A stretch of 64,000 bases of DNA from Adineta vaga. Taxonomy: Eukaryota > Animalia > Rotifera. The stretch is from positions 2,666,001-2,730,000 of the forward strand of contig CP075494.1 in NCBI GenBank assembly GCA_021613535.1. Direction: 5' to 3'. Positions 14,341 to 26,300 of the stretch are shown one piece after another (position 1 is the stretch's first letter; each line of letters opens with the position of its first letter). Under the pieces are notes generated by a model. It was not told the DNA's origin. It saw nothing but the letters and a program-made list of their open reading frames with translations, and searched no databases. A program made the translations under genes and the position numbers.

Positions 14341-15672
14341 ATGGGCAACACGGAAAGTACATTAAAAGAAGAAGACGAGCGCATTATTCAACGTCCACAG
14401 CATGACGAAGGAAGTGAATTCTATAGAGCTTGCAGATACGGAGATGTTCAGCGAGTGAAAGAGTTACTTCCCTTCATTCCATACGAAGATCTTAATAAAC
14501 CTGAACCAAATGGCAGTACTCCACTCCATGCCGCTTCATCAAACGGAGAACTAGAAATTGTCCGTTTGCTTCTACACGAGCGTGGCTGTCGCAGAAACCA
14601 TATCAATCGACATGGCCTAACTGCTTATGATGAGGCTCTCTCGGATGAAATGCGCCAGCTGTTCCATCGTCCTGATGAAAAAAATCGATTTTGTCAGGAA
14701 GAAGTTGCTACAGAAAACATGTTTATAGTGACGACAGACGAAGAGTACAGTGAACTTGAAGCATTTTCTGCAGATAAATGGCTACAAGGTCATAATGGTT
14801 CGGAAGCTGTCGATAAAGTTAAGCTACAGGTAGCCATGATTAAAGGTTTCGCTCAATTTAAATTTCTCACTCTTGTGGGTAACTATACCTCTCTGGAAAG
14901 CGCATTTTCAGACAGAAGTTTGTTACGAGATCTCAATAAACTATTAGATGAACATGTTAAAGATGGGCACCGTGAATTTGAACATTGTAAAGCGCTTGTT
15001 GCTGATACTTTCAAAGAACACAAACCTGAACACCTACTTCGTCTCTATACACTCGAAACTCCATTTTACGACGCACTTAGTAATCACAGTGATATTATGT
15101 CTATGCCACTTGCGTTGTCGTTAGATAAACTAAAGCCGCGTTATTTTCAAGGTATTTCATATCGAGGCTTGAAAATGACGGAAGAAAACTTACGTACTTA
15201 TCAATGGGCACTGAAAAGTAACGGTGCCATTCGAACACGTACGTTCTGTTCAACTACACTCAAACAATCAGTCGCAGAACGATATGCTGCAAAATCGCGC
15301 TCAAGCGATGGAAAACGAAGTGTTTTGATGATTCTCACTTTTCCGGAGAAATGTGACACGGCAATTAATCTTGGAAAGCTCTCCAGCAAACTTCCTTGCC
15401 TTTCAGCATATGAAAACGAGGCAGAAATACTCGTCACTCCATTCACATTGTTTGTCGTAACACAAATTGAATCAAATGCGAACTATATGACAGTTCACCT
15501 TGAGAACATTCCCGTCAGACCATTGTCTACATGGGGAATTCTAAAGACGATCTATAATGAGGTAAAGGAACAGATGAACTCCGACAGTACGTCATTATCA
15601 CAGAAAAAGAGTAAGTCACTTTTTTCTGGACTAGCTTTGGAAACGGAATCGAACACGAATATTGCATTATAA
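14341..15672 (+). CDS. Ankyrin-repeat + NAD:arginine ADP-ribosyltransferase (R-S-E class) protein
   Basis: MGNTES start, 2-3 ankyrin repeats (GSTPLHAAS), LRLYTLETPFY, SYRG, FCSTT, ENEAEIL (ExE); intronless. Confidence 0.88.
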   Translation: MGNTESTLKEEDERIIQRPQHDEGSEFYRACRYGDVQRVKELLPFIPYEDLNKPEPNGSTPLHAASSNGELEIVRLLLHERGCRRNHINRHGLTAYDEALSDEMRQLFHRPDEKNRFCQEEVATENMFIVTTDEEYSELEAFSADKWLQGHNGSEAVDKVKLQVAMIKGFAQFKFLTLVGNYTSLESAFSDRSLLRDLNKLLDEHVKDGHREFEHCKALVADTFKEHKPEHLLRLYTLETPFYDALSNHSDIMSMPLALSLDKLKPRYFQGISYRGLKMTEENLRTYQWALKSNGAIRTRTFCSTTLKQSVAERYAAKSRSSDGKRSVLMILTFPEKCDTAINLGKLSSKLPCLSAYENEAEILVTPFTLFVVTQIESNANYMTVHLENIPVRPLSTWGILKTIYNEVKEQMNSDSTSLSQKKSKSLFSGLALETESNTNIAL

Positions 15673-16022
15673 TTGTTCTTGCCTGGTATTTCAAAATAAA
15701 AAACGATTATTCTAGCGGTATCAACACATATTGTAGCTTAAAAACTCAATATGCAGACGATGACTGTCTACGAATTCTCAATTTTATGACGTCTGAAAGT
15801 TTAGGGTATTAGTGTTAGTCATCATAAACTAGTTTTCATCCAGCTAAATTCGATTTTCAGAATAGACCTGAATAGCTTTTGTTTTACGTTTTTGCTGATA
15901 AAAGTTTATCAAATAGGAGAATATCTGTTAGAGAACACATCTATATTAAAAATCACACTCTGAGGATGGTCACTACAAATTTAGATATAGTCTGTATTTT
16001 TGTTTAAACATTTTTATTGAAT

Positions 16023-16503
16023 TCACAAATGAATTTCATCAGAATTTCTTATATTTCTTGTCACTGTACATGATGAATCAAGAAAATCACGTAGAAATTG
16101 AAGAAGTACATATTCTGTCGCTGTTGAATCCAGATTAGATACTATATATGTATCATTCGCTATTTCAACATTTAATGCACGCAAATTTTTCATCGAATCA
16201 ATTAATTCAAACACATCCATGACATTTTCAACATTGATTTCGAAGCATTTCACATTGTTGACTATTGAGCCAATACCAATCTCTATGTTTATTATATTGT
16301 TGTAGATCTAGACAACGTATGGAAAGACTAAGAGTTCCGAACAATGCAATTTCTGGAATATTCTGTTCTTTATAAGTAATTTTCAATGAATACAAATACG
16401 GTGCTTGGTTGAACAATGTTTGCAATTGCGTTTGTACTTCAACATTGTCATCAAGAATAAAAGCATTGAGAGATTTTAAATGATTGAAAGTAGGTATAGT
16501 CAA
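16023..16503 (-). pseudogene. C-terminal fragment of an F-box/LRR-like family gene
   Basis: Two frame-shifted ORFs similar in style to the C-terminus of the 40072-41848 gene (QAPYLYSL / NTPRLYSL; SIRCLDL / KIRLLKF); the 5' part is missing. Confidence 0.55.
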
Positions 16504-16535
16504 GTATATAAAGTTGCATATTAGAAATTCGATGG

Positions 16536-16617
16536 ATGGGTGGGTGTGGGTGTGAATAACTGAGGAGGCGGAGATGGTGTTATATTATCAATTACTATTA
16601 TCATCACCCTCACCCTC
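16536..16617. repeat. Degenerate telomere-repeat palindrome
   Basis: atgggtgggtgtgggtgtg ... caccctcaccctc; a further tgagggtgagga arm near 16665. Confidence 0.65.
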
Positions 16618-16889
16618 GGTAGATTATTGAGCAAAAAATAAGATCATGACTCATACGCTATTATTGAGGGTGAGGATGTTGAGGGTAGCGGCTAGCTGAA
16701 CTAAAACTTGAATTGAAATTTCAACTGAATTCAGATTTTAATTCAAATTACAGATTTCAATTGAATTCAAGTTTGAAATTTGACACTACCCACGAAAAAT
16801 AATTAGTAAAACCGCTGATAATTATTCGAACTGATTACTATCTAGTAAAAAAATAAGAAAAGATCCACTACAAATCATCTAGTATAGTA

Positions 16890-17243
16890 CTAACTAGTTG
16901 TTGTTGTTGTTGATGTTGATATTGTTGTTGATATTGAGGGTGTGGATGATGTGAGTGGAGAATTCCGATATAAAAATGATCCATTAATAACTATTTTGAA
17001 CTGAGAATCACTCGATGTATAATTATTAATCAATTGACATGTTTGATTGAATGTTAAACAATTCCATCCATCTGCACCCGTCGTCAGAGCCGTACATGTA
17101 CATTCATCACATGTCGTATTGAAAAATTTTTTGTTAACATCCGATGTAACATACATTGCATTCGAGATTAAGTCCAAAGAAATCGAGAAGGTAATATTAA
17201 AAACAAATAATAATATGAATAGCACATAGCCATTGAAAAACAA
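16890..17243 (-). CDS. First exon or remnant of a secreted protein (signal peptide, Cys-rich PAN/apple-like domain, Thr-rich linker)
   Basis: Hydrophobic N-terminus, CDECTC...WNC...TCQL, then an S/T tract ending at a GTTAGT donor-like site; no downstream exon found and start codon uncertain. Confidence 0.45.
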   Translation of the reverse strand: MFFNGYVLFILLFVFNITFSISLDLISNAMYVTSDVNKKFFNTTCDECTCTALTTGADGWNCLTFNQTCQLINNYTSSDSQFKIVINGSFLYRNSPLTSSTPSISTTISTSTTTTTS

Positions 17244-17774
17244 TGTATTAAATTCATAGAAATCATTTTTCGACTGTCTCTTATGCTGTACTTCTTATTC
17301 TATTGTATGATAAGAATTATATTTAATAATCAAAATGAGTTGGTTACATCGACATATTATACTGATATTTACTGCTTGGCCTTGAAGAATTTTGATATTC
17401 TCTAGAAGGTTGTGATCTGCAGTTCGTATTTATATACTTTTATTTCTTTTATTCTCTCTGATAAAAAAAATGTCATAGTTACTTATAAACTTGAAAGAAG
17501 ATGGTTACTGTTACTTAACATCTTCAGTAAGATAACTGCGTATTTTCTTTTTATGAAGATCTTAAAAACAATTTTGTGTCGATTCTAGTGTTCTTCTTTG
17601 TCATTTAGATGAAAATCATCAAAATCACTTAGATGCAGTTGTTTATGTTCATTTATACGATATAAAAATTAGTTTTTTCAAAAGATAACGATTTGTAAGT
17701 TGTGCAGAAGAATACAATACAATTGAGAGTGAGGAAAGATATTTTCAAATGTTCATTGACATCAGTTTATTATC

Positions 17775-17846
17775 AGGGATGAAGGGGTGGCGAAGAGTGA
17801 GAGTCTCTTATTATCTATTACCTTTACTCTCACCCTCACCCCTCAA
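17775..17846. repeat. Degenerate TGAGGG-type palindrome
   Basis: agggatgaaggggtgg..gagtgagag ... ctctcaccctcacccctcaa. Confidence 0.5.
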
Positions 17847-18623
17847 TAGCAGGAAAAAAACTATTCTTACTTTATTATTTACATCTATCTTTCCTGTATT
17901 TTTCTCAATTGTTTCTTATCGAAATAATGTGGAAACTGATTGGAATATATGAATTGTAGATGCAAACAACACAGTAGGATTGCATAAAAATATAGAAAAA
18001 ATGAATATCAATGGTAGGACAGTGAAATTGAAGAAATTGATGTTTAAAGAAAGACAACGATCTATTGTAATTTTGCATCATCAACACCTTAGTTTGCTCC
18101 GTACTTCAAAACACATAACTTACTTATTTCACTTTCTTTCTTGCCTAAAAGTAAACAAAAAGTTAAAGTAGAACAAATTCATGTAAATTAGATCAAAACA
18201 TATAATTCGTTAGCATCGTCAAGTAAAAGAATTTTCTGATTGATAGAAATATAAAAATAATATTGGAAAACTTACCTTAAAATTTTGAAGTTAAATAATG
18301 AAATAAACAGCGAAATATTTGCTGTGATTTAAAGAAAAAAATAGACAATAAGCTTACATTATAGTTTGAGTATATTAAGTCTGCTATGTAAAGATAAACA
18401 TATTACATGTTGATGTTAAAAATAATATTACTTATCTTTTATTATTCTTTTGTAAGCAGTATAATATGTATAATCATCAAATATGTAGTAAGTATACTGT
18501 AAAAGATCATAGACTGTGGAAGCAATTTCGATTATTCTTTATGGTTTAAATAGTTTTCACAGGCATTCTGGCTTTGATGATAACTCTCGTGATTGCAGCA
18601 ACAAGAAATTTCAAAAACATAAA

Positions 18624-18737
18624 TACAATGAAACCTCTCTATGTGAGCACCTCGGTTAAATGGGCACTTGGTCGACCGCCCGATTGGTTTTCTATGAGAG
18701 CGAACCTCTCTTACATGGGCACATGTGATTAATGTTC
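18624..18737 (+). mobile_element. Truncated pogo/Tigger-like MITE left end
   Basis: TA followed by caatgaaacctctctatgtgagcacc, with internal repeat aacctctcttacatgggcac; no matching right end. Confidence 0.45.
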
Positions 18738-18757
18738 CACTCACACCCACACCCTCA
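18738..18757 (-). repeat. Single arm of telomere-repeat palindrome
   Basis: cactcacacccacaccctca at the MITE truncation point. Confidence 0.75.
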
Positions 18758-19144
18758 GAGTATGGATGAAACACAATAGAGTTGATAGAATCATTATGTA
18801 ATTAGAAATTTAAGTGTATATTTCTGATGATAATTCAGCTACAATTAATTCAATGTTTAAAGATGCGGATGATCATGTTCAACAAAATCTTACTAATCGT
18901 AGAAGTGTTAGGTAGGTGTAGAGAAGAAAAGTAAATGAATAGCTGCAATAATTAAAAACTTTAACTATTCAGCTTTTCAGTTTGACGCTAATGAACACGT
19001 GATAAACGTTTTAGTGTAATATAAAAAAGACATAGAAAATTTCAAGCTGAATAATATCAGGAGTGTGAATATTTTTTACATCCTTATCGATACTCCTTTT
19101 TATTTTTTTCTAAAGTCTCTTTATAAAAAAAGAACATTCGAATG

Positions 19145-19900
19145 TTAAGTTAATTTGAATTTTGGTCCAAAGAAAGCATCATATTTCTCTGGTATTTCAG
19201 TAAGATCACTAATCCAAACACATGTAAATGGCGTTTCACTTCGTATTTTCGCTTCAAATTGATAATAATCTTCTTGACGTAATTTATCAGGTGTTTTAGT
19301 TCTAACAAAAAGTTGATCCAAATTATCTCGTCCTGATTCATTTACATCAGCTTTACTAAAAACAGTATCAAATAAATCACAATGAATTTGTTCACATACA
19401 TTGCGTAGTTCTTCTACACATTCTCCAATATCCTTATCAATCATAATTAAAGCGATTAATCGATTAACATTAGATGGAATTTTAAACTGACGATGATCGT
19501 TAATTGATCCATCAGGATGAAATGAAAAACCAAAAAAAGCTCGTTGTAAAGCATTTTGAACACGTTGAACGGTGAGAGGAGTTTGAAAGTCAATATAAAG
19601 TTCATTGATACGATAGAATGTTTTTAAATTACCTGAAAAAGAGAGAGAGTGAGAGAGAAATGATTATAAAAGTCATTAGTCTATTAAGAATTTTGACTGA
19701 CCGGCAACATCCAAAACAATCGGCCATTTTGTTAAATCATTTAATTTTTCCATTTCACTCGGTATAACTTGTTTCATTTGAACATAATTAAATGGCTTTT
19801 TTTCTGTTTCATTTGTTTTCTGTTCGACTGGTTTGGAATCAGTTTTTTTTGTCGATGATGAACTGTGTGAAGTTTTAGCAACAACTTTCTTTCCAGACAT
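19145..19900 (-). CDS. Uncharacterised protein, 2 exons (intron 19633-19701); weak resemblance to the C-terminus of IQ/ankyrin proteins
   Basis: GT-AG intron joins KWPIVLDVAG/NLKTFYRINE in frame with the 19145-19444 ORF. Confidence 0.7.
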
Positions 19901-20419
19901 TTTGTTTGTTTCGATCGCATAAATTTAATAAAATTCATAATGAAAATTGAAATATTTATATACACGAGAAGTTATTGCGCCATTGTATTTTACATGTAGC
20001 AACGATTCAGTTTTATTCATAAAAAAGAAAAAAAACACAATTAAAAAGAATTTTAGAATTTAAAATGTTTATTGAATTCGAATAAGTTGAGTGTAGTACA
20101 AACACGTGATTGAATAGTTTGACGATGAAATAAATATTTCAGAAAGAAGAAGAAGAAGAACAACAAATTTTGAAATGTTACCGTTTTGATACTTTGTTTT
20201 GAATCATTGCTGAAGTTAATTTAACTGTTACGTTCCAATTGATAAGCTTTTATAACTGCAAACGAATAGATTAGAAATATTTTTAAGCAATTAAACATTC
20301 TTTTTATGTGTGTATAGTAATTCCATCACATTGTACTGTGGAAAGATCAAATACAAAAAGGACATTCCGTTTACTTTCTAAAGAACTATAGTATCCATTT
20401 GCAGATTAAAAGTAGATAT

Positions 20420-20472
20420 ATCTTGAGTGTGGGTGTTGGTTAAGAGTATAGCTTGACCCACATCCACACCCT
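20420..20472. repeat. Telomere-repeat palindrome, TTGGTTAAGAGTATAGC spacer
   Basis: atcttgagtgtgggtg-ttggttaagagtatagcttg-acccacatccacaccct. Confidence 0.85.
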
Positions 20473-20548
20473 ATTAAATCTATGACAGGCAGAAACAGAA
20501 TCACAGAGTTAAGAAAAAGAATGATGCTATGATCATAATCGTTTATCT

Positions 20549-21502
20549 TTAGGTTGTATTGTGTCTCATTGGATGTATTTGATTGTGTTGCATTTTCTCA
20601 AAAATAATTCGTTTTAATTGTGGTGTTAATAGCAATATTGATATATTTAATTGTATTATTGATAAATTATTCGAAAACCAAGTAATACGAAAGAGAAGTG
20701 GATGCTGTTTTCCTGTAATATATTTCATTAATAGAAGAACTGTTGCTGGCATTCCAGCAATGATTAATAAACCAATAATTAAAAAAATACGTCGAACAAC
20801 AAACACATCTCGTTGTTGTCTTTTTCGAACGATTAATGTTTGATTATTTGAATTTTTACGCAAATGTACTATTATACGAAAATAAATTGATGATAATAAT
20901 GAAGCAGATATTCCATACATAACAAGAAAAGTTAAACATACACTATAGATACTATCAAGTGATAAATAACAATAAAATTCATCGATTAAATAAATAATAT
21001 CATGTAAAATAAGTATTGGACATAGAAGAATGGAAATGATTACGAATTCAATCAATGGTAAAAGAATATATAGGAAAAATGATTGAAGCCATCGATATTG
21101 AGAATGAACAATTCGACATAACCGATAGAAAGCCTAGAAAATTCAATGAAATTAATTTTTTAGAGAAAACCATTATACTTGATTGACAAAACTCCAGAAT
21201 ACCATACTTCCAGAAATACAAGAAAAATATCCGATAAAAATACAGAATGATGTTGAAAAATTCATTCCATAGTATTCACCTAAGAATGTTTGAATCGCAA
21301 ATGAAAGTAACATGATTGTATAAATCAACATAAATAAATAAATTTGAATACTAAATAGAATTATTATTTTATGATCTTTTTTCAAATGAATATTAAAATA
21401 TAAATGATAAATTAGATATGAAATAATGATTAGAGATATTAAACATGATAATGAACTTATACCAATCGTACATAAATTCAATAAGAATCCTACGGATGAC
21501 AT
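20549..21502 (-). CDS. Class A GPCR, 2 exons (intron ~21134-21178)
   Basis: Splicing gives FVNQ/AFYRLCRIVHSQYRWLQ in frame; 7 TM segments. Confidence 0.85.
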
Positions 21503-22134
21503 TAGTTGAGTAGAGTTATACTAATTGTTAGATTACAAATACATTCTCAAATTAATATCTGTTGTTGACTCTATGAAAAAATCTTTATAATGAAGCACAG
21601 GATGAAATTTATGAAGAATATTTATTTTTAAAAATCCACATAGCAGAAATAATGCGAATATTTTAGAAACTCTGTTAATTATTTCAAAAATAGGAAATAA
21701 AAGCATACTATCTTAATCACAGATTAATGAGCTAAAAAATATAGACATACCGTGTAATTTGACATTTCAGACTGAGACCGATAGATTATTTATAATTCAT
21801 ATTTTCAAACATTATTTTATAGTAATGAAGAAATTCTTATATTCGATGATTATTTGAATCGACAGTTTTATATCGATTAACCACTATTTTGGTTGAAATG
21901 TTGTCTGGAGTACAATTTATGTGTTCTAATTTCTACTTTTCGAAATACAATAGAGAATAATGTCATAATCCCATCACATTCCATATCGAAATCATTCATT
22001 CACGATTATAATATTGCATATATCCAGTTTTCCTCTCATAAACATAACTAACTCGCTTTAAAACTTTAGTATATATTACCCTTTGGATAATGACAATATC
22101 AATTTACTTTTATTGATCATTCTTTAGGGTATTA

Positions 22135-22136
<2 letters not shown>

Positions 22137-22170
<34 letters not shown>
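22137..22170. repeat. (AT)n microsatellite
   Basis: Pure AT dinucleotide run. Confidence 0.95.
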
Positions 22171-22172
<2 letters not shown>

Positions 22173-22345
22173 AAAGTAAATAATTTCAATCTTAAGAATA
22201 GATTATAGGTTTTTTTCTTTTTCTCATTGCGTTCTGTTAATTGATGCGTTTTGTATTCTTTGTCGAAGTACTTTTCTCTGAATTAATCGTTATAATTCGG
22301 AATTTCAAATGATAAAGTAATTGGAATAAGAATCGTTATTATTGT

Positions 22346-22408
22346 GGAGGGTGTGGGCGTGTCAGGATTTAGGTATTGGTTAAGAGTATAGCCTACGACC
22401 CACACCCT
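22346..22408. repeat. Telomere-repeat palindrome, TTGGTTAAGAGTATAGC spacer
   Basis: ggagggtgtgggcgtg...ttggttaagagtatagcctacg-acccacaccct; the 17-nt spacer core is identical to the 20420 copy. Confidence 0.85.
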
Positions 22409-22498
22409 TTGTATTATCTACCAGAGTCACACAAACCAGGTATTCCACGTCGTCCCATTATTTCTGGTCTTAATCATCCAACCATTGAAATATACTTT
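22409..22498 (+). mobile_element. Penelope-like retroelement reverse transcriptase fragment
   Basis: Translates LYYLPESHKPGIPRRPIISGLNHPTIEI, matching the PLE RT motif 1-2 pattern (YxLPKxHKP..PLRPIIS...PT). Confidence 0.75.
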
Positions 22499-23014
22499 AT
22501 CGGGAGATATATTTTTTCGAAAAGAATCTGTCAAAATTCATGTCATCTCCAATGAAATTCAACAAGAGAGGAAAAGAAAGTATAAACAGTTCAAAGAGTT
22601 TTACAGAAATGGTAGAATTATTCTAGAAAATAATTGCTTATTTTGAAGCTCCAGAAGATGTTTCCGTTGTCCGTAACCGATTGGAAAATGACTATATCGA
22701 AACACTATTAAACTTTTCTTCGAATCGCATCTTGTTTGGCATATATTTCTAAGGATAGAAGTAATTAAAGATACCGTGACTGACAATACGAATGCACTTT
22801 CATATTCAGTAAAAAGAAAAGATTTTTTCTAGCAGAAATTTACTTTTCAATGACTTTTAATTAAAATAATGAGTTAATAAGTTCAAAGAAAATGAATGGA
22901 ATCACGCAAAAGAGACTTATGAGTTTAAATGGAATTCTTCTTTAGATAAACTGACTCCGCTTTGACGTAGTTTTCATTTTTTATAATACTCAAATTCAGA
23001 AAGAATTTCAACTT

Positions 23015-24011
23015 ATGTCATCGACTAGTGTCTTAATTAATCAAATAAATACAGCAACAACAACAGTTGTATTTGGTATTTTATGTATAAATTTTATCTT
23101 AGGTTCAGCAAGTTTAATATTCAATATCATTATCTTTACACGTCCAAAACTTCGTCAACAACCATGTTCAATTTATTTTCTGACATCCATCATGTTTGAG
23201 TTTATTTGTGATCTATATCATCTTACCTGTTCGAATTGTTTCAAATAGTTTCAATGAAGATTTAGCAAATTATAATTTATTTATATGTAAAACTGAATTT
23301 TTCTTATTTTTTTCTGTTCGTGCAACATCATGTTGGGCTATTGTATTTGCATGTGTCGATCGATATTTTCATAGTTCATCCCATATTAAATTACGTCGAA
23401 TGAGTTCATTAAAAATAGCGAAAATAACAATTATCATAGGAAGTATTATTGTCTCACTTTCTTATTCTCATATGATTGTTTATTATCTTATCAAAACAGT
23501 ATCAAATCAATATGGAAATGTGATATCAGTATGTACTGATCAGAATGGAAATTATGCTACATTTATTGCATTTTGGCATATGATATTATATTCACTTGGT
23601 CCAACGATCTTTTTGTTTTTATTTGGATGTTTAACATTATATAATCTTCGAGAACGTCGTCAAATAGTTCCTATGGGAAATGAAAATAATCGAAATATTC
23701 GTCGAACAGATAATCAATTATTAAAAATGTTAGCAGGACAAGTATTTGTGATTGTTATTGCAACATTACCCTTTTCATTTTGTCGAATTTATGTTTCATT
23801 ATCAGAAAATGTAGCAAAAGATACATTAAGACTTGCACAAGAAAACCTTGCAATTAAAACTTTGGGTGCAATGACATATTTTACACATTCAACTACTTTT
23901 TATCTCTATACTTTATCGGGAACTATTTTTCGTAAAGAATTTTGGAAAATTATTGGAAGAATTTGTCATTTAAGAAAAAAACGATCAAACATAATTTTTA
24001 TTGAAAAATGA
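23015..24011 (+). pseudogene. Class A GPCR with a single +1 frameshift near 23187 (pseudogene or sequence error)
   Basis: Removing one base gives PCSIYFLTSSCLSLFV; CVDRY, TLPF and FYLYTLSG..FRKE motifs are intact. Confidence 0.8.
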
Positions 24012-24270
24012 AAGAGCTATGGCTATTCGTCAAACATAACAACATGAAGAATATTATATGAATTGTTTTGTCAAGAAGAGCATCTATGTAAAGAGTTGAA
24101 AAATTTTCGAAAAAAAAATAAATTAAATTTCTATTATTCATCATAACATATCTATACATGTGCAAGAAAAGTCTGTGGAGAATGTAATCTATTTCCAATC
24201 AATTGTTCGCTGAAAACTTTGTGAAATTTTTGTTTGATAAGAAACAATAGTCTTTCGAAATTCAGTTTTA

Positions 24271-24323
24271 TAGGGATGGGTGTATTGGTCGTAACATCAA
24301 CCACACGCACTCGTCTCACACAC
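24271..24323. repeat. Degenerate telomere-repeat palindrome
   Basis: tagggatgggtgta-ttggtcgtaacatcaa-ccacacgcactc. Confidence 0.55.
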
Positions 24324-24459
24324 TTTTCATAGGTTTAGTTTTTTCGAACATTTAAGCAAGAATTAAAAACAACTTGTATGTATCAGAAAAAGAAATTTCT
24401 CGAAAAATCAGAGTGTCTGGGCCTTGTACTTGAAGGATTATATTCTGATTTTGAGTTTT

Positions 24460-25408
24460 TTAAGAATTGGATTGTATATCAACGTTAGAGGATTCTTCTT
24501 GATGTTCACTGTCTGTCCGTGGGTCTTTCCATGTTGTTCTCCTGTTTGCTGGAATAAAAAAAGAAAATATTCCTGCTGTAAGTCAAATATAAATATGAAA
24601 ATAATCATTTTTCTTTACTATGATCAATGTAGTAATGACGCCCATCTGGTGATGTGCGTACTTCCCAATTATCCTAGAAATAGTAAACAGTTCTATCAGA
24701 GCATGTCCCACTCGAAAGGATTTATTCTCTTACCGGTAATGGACCGTTCTGTATTATTTCTGGATGAGTAGACGGTTGGTGCATCAGTTTGCCTGTTCGT
24801 GGATCAATCTATGCATGCATACAATGTATGAAATCATAGTATACGACAAAGTAACTATATCCAATGAATTACGTAAGTAACTTTTTTATTAATACGATCA
24901 ATGAAAAACATTCGGTTGCCATCGGTTTCTGCTATATCCCATCCAGCTGGTAATGGACCGAGATCATCACTTGACTTTATGATATGACATTCACTTTGAT
25001 CTCCAGTTTTTAATTGTTCAGTCGAATTCGCTCTAAAATCAGGCATAATCAAGTGTGTCAAATTAAACGATAGAAATTAACATACTTCTGAGTGTTAGGA
25101 AGATTCCATGTAGTCATGCGAAGGTTATGATCTGCGTAGTATATCCGAATAGCATCCTTACGTTCTATGACGATAAACAGAGAAATTTTAAAAAAAGAGC
25201 AGTACGTGTACAGTATTATCTTCTCAACCTTGAGGCAAAGACTCATTAACTTTCACTTCGTTGTCATCCGGATGAGGTGTCGTTTCTACACTAAAATAGC
25301 TTGATACAGTTTGATAGATCATAGAAAATGAACAGACCTCATTTACTTGTATTATGTTGTTCTCAGGTACGAATTGAGCCAATGGTTGGTTAAATTAGGC
25401 GTACTCAT
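24460..25408 (-). pseudogene. Multi-exon three-WW-domain protein, 5' part damaged
   Basis: Spliced WW3 GPLP/DNWEVRTSPDGRHYYIDH/TNRRTTWKDPR and WW2 GPLPAGWDIAETDGNRMFFIDRINKKVTY/IDPR are intact; WW1 reads SLPQG*E (TGA at 25224-25226). Confidence 0.75.
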
Positions 25409-25827
25409 ATCAATAGATGCACTTTCAAAAAACGTTTCTAAAAATTTTAAAATACAATAAAAGAGTAAATCGATTATAGTTTTGAAATATCAATTCTCGA
25501 TCTTATTTTTGCACTCTCAATCTCTTAGAAAGATATCATCTGAACTAGTAAGGCAGAAAAAAGTCGGAAAAATATATTGTATTCGTAATGAAATAGATAG
25601 GTGTAGAATTTTGGAACATCTATAGGCAAGCGACTATTATACTAAAATCGACTAGGCATGCACTAGATTTGAATATTCCAGTTACTTCTATTTAGTTGAT
25701 AAAGCAATATATGAGTTTTTTTTATTTACTCATGTGACCTGTGAGGAGAAATACGTCATGTTGGAAAAAGAAGGAAAAAGATCGGCATAAAAAAATCAAC
25801 AATATGTTATACGAAGTGGAAGAGAAA

Positions 25828-26300
25828 TACAGTGGAGTGCAAAAGTCCTTGCCCCTTGTATGGACCACCCTTCTGAAATCAGATCTCGAGCAGTTTTCTT
25901 AGATTTTTTTAAACAACGTTATCAAAAGTAAGAGCAGATCAAAATGTATCTATTTACAAGGAAAATCATCGAAAATGGCCTTCGGCTAGAGAGACAAAGT
26001 ATTCACGAGGAAACCTTACTTCATCAAAAATCGAAAGAAAATCTCATTTACATTATTGACATGATTGACCGTGAAAATCTTGTCAAAAAGACTATCCGCA
26101 GAAAGCTCTACGTCCGAACTGTATAACTATTTCTTCAAATGACTGAGAGCGATGACGTACGATAAGGTTTAGAGGACTGAAAAAGTACATTAACCTAAAA
26201 AAAAGGGAGAAGTCGTCAAATTGATGTTTTTCCACGAAGTTGATGTTAATTCTCTAAAAATCGTCATATATACTGCAGAGGTAACGAAAGGTCTCCATCT
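25828..26300 (+). mobile_element. Possible Tc1-like element end
   Basis: TA+CAGTGGAGTGCAAAAGT resembles Tc1-family TIR starts; the right boundary is a guess. Confidence 0.3.

Noticed and set aside
16705-16790. AT-rich ttgaattcaa palindromic tract, related inverted copy near 51545-51585
   Set aside because: Probably an ordinary MITE remnant; low complexity and only two copies.
16934-16958. ttgagggtgtggatgatgtgagtgg as another palindrome arm
   Set aside because: It lies in the Ser/Thr/Pro-coding linker of the 16890 ORF and may be a codon coincidence; not counted.
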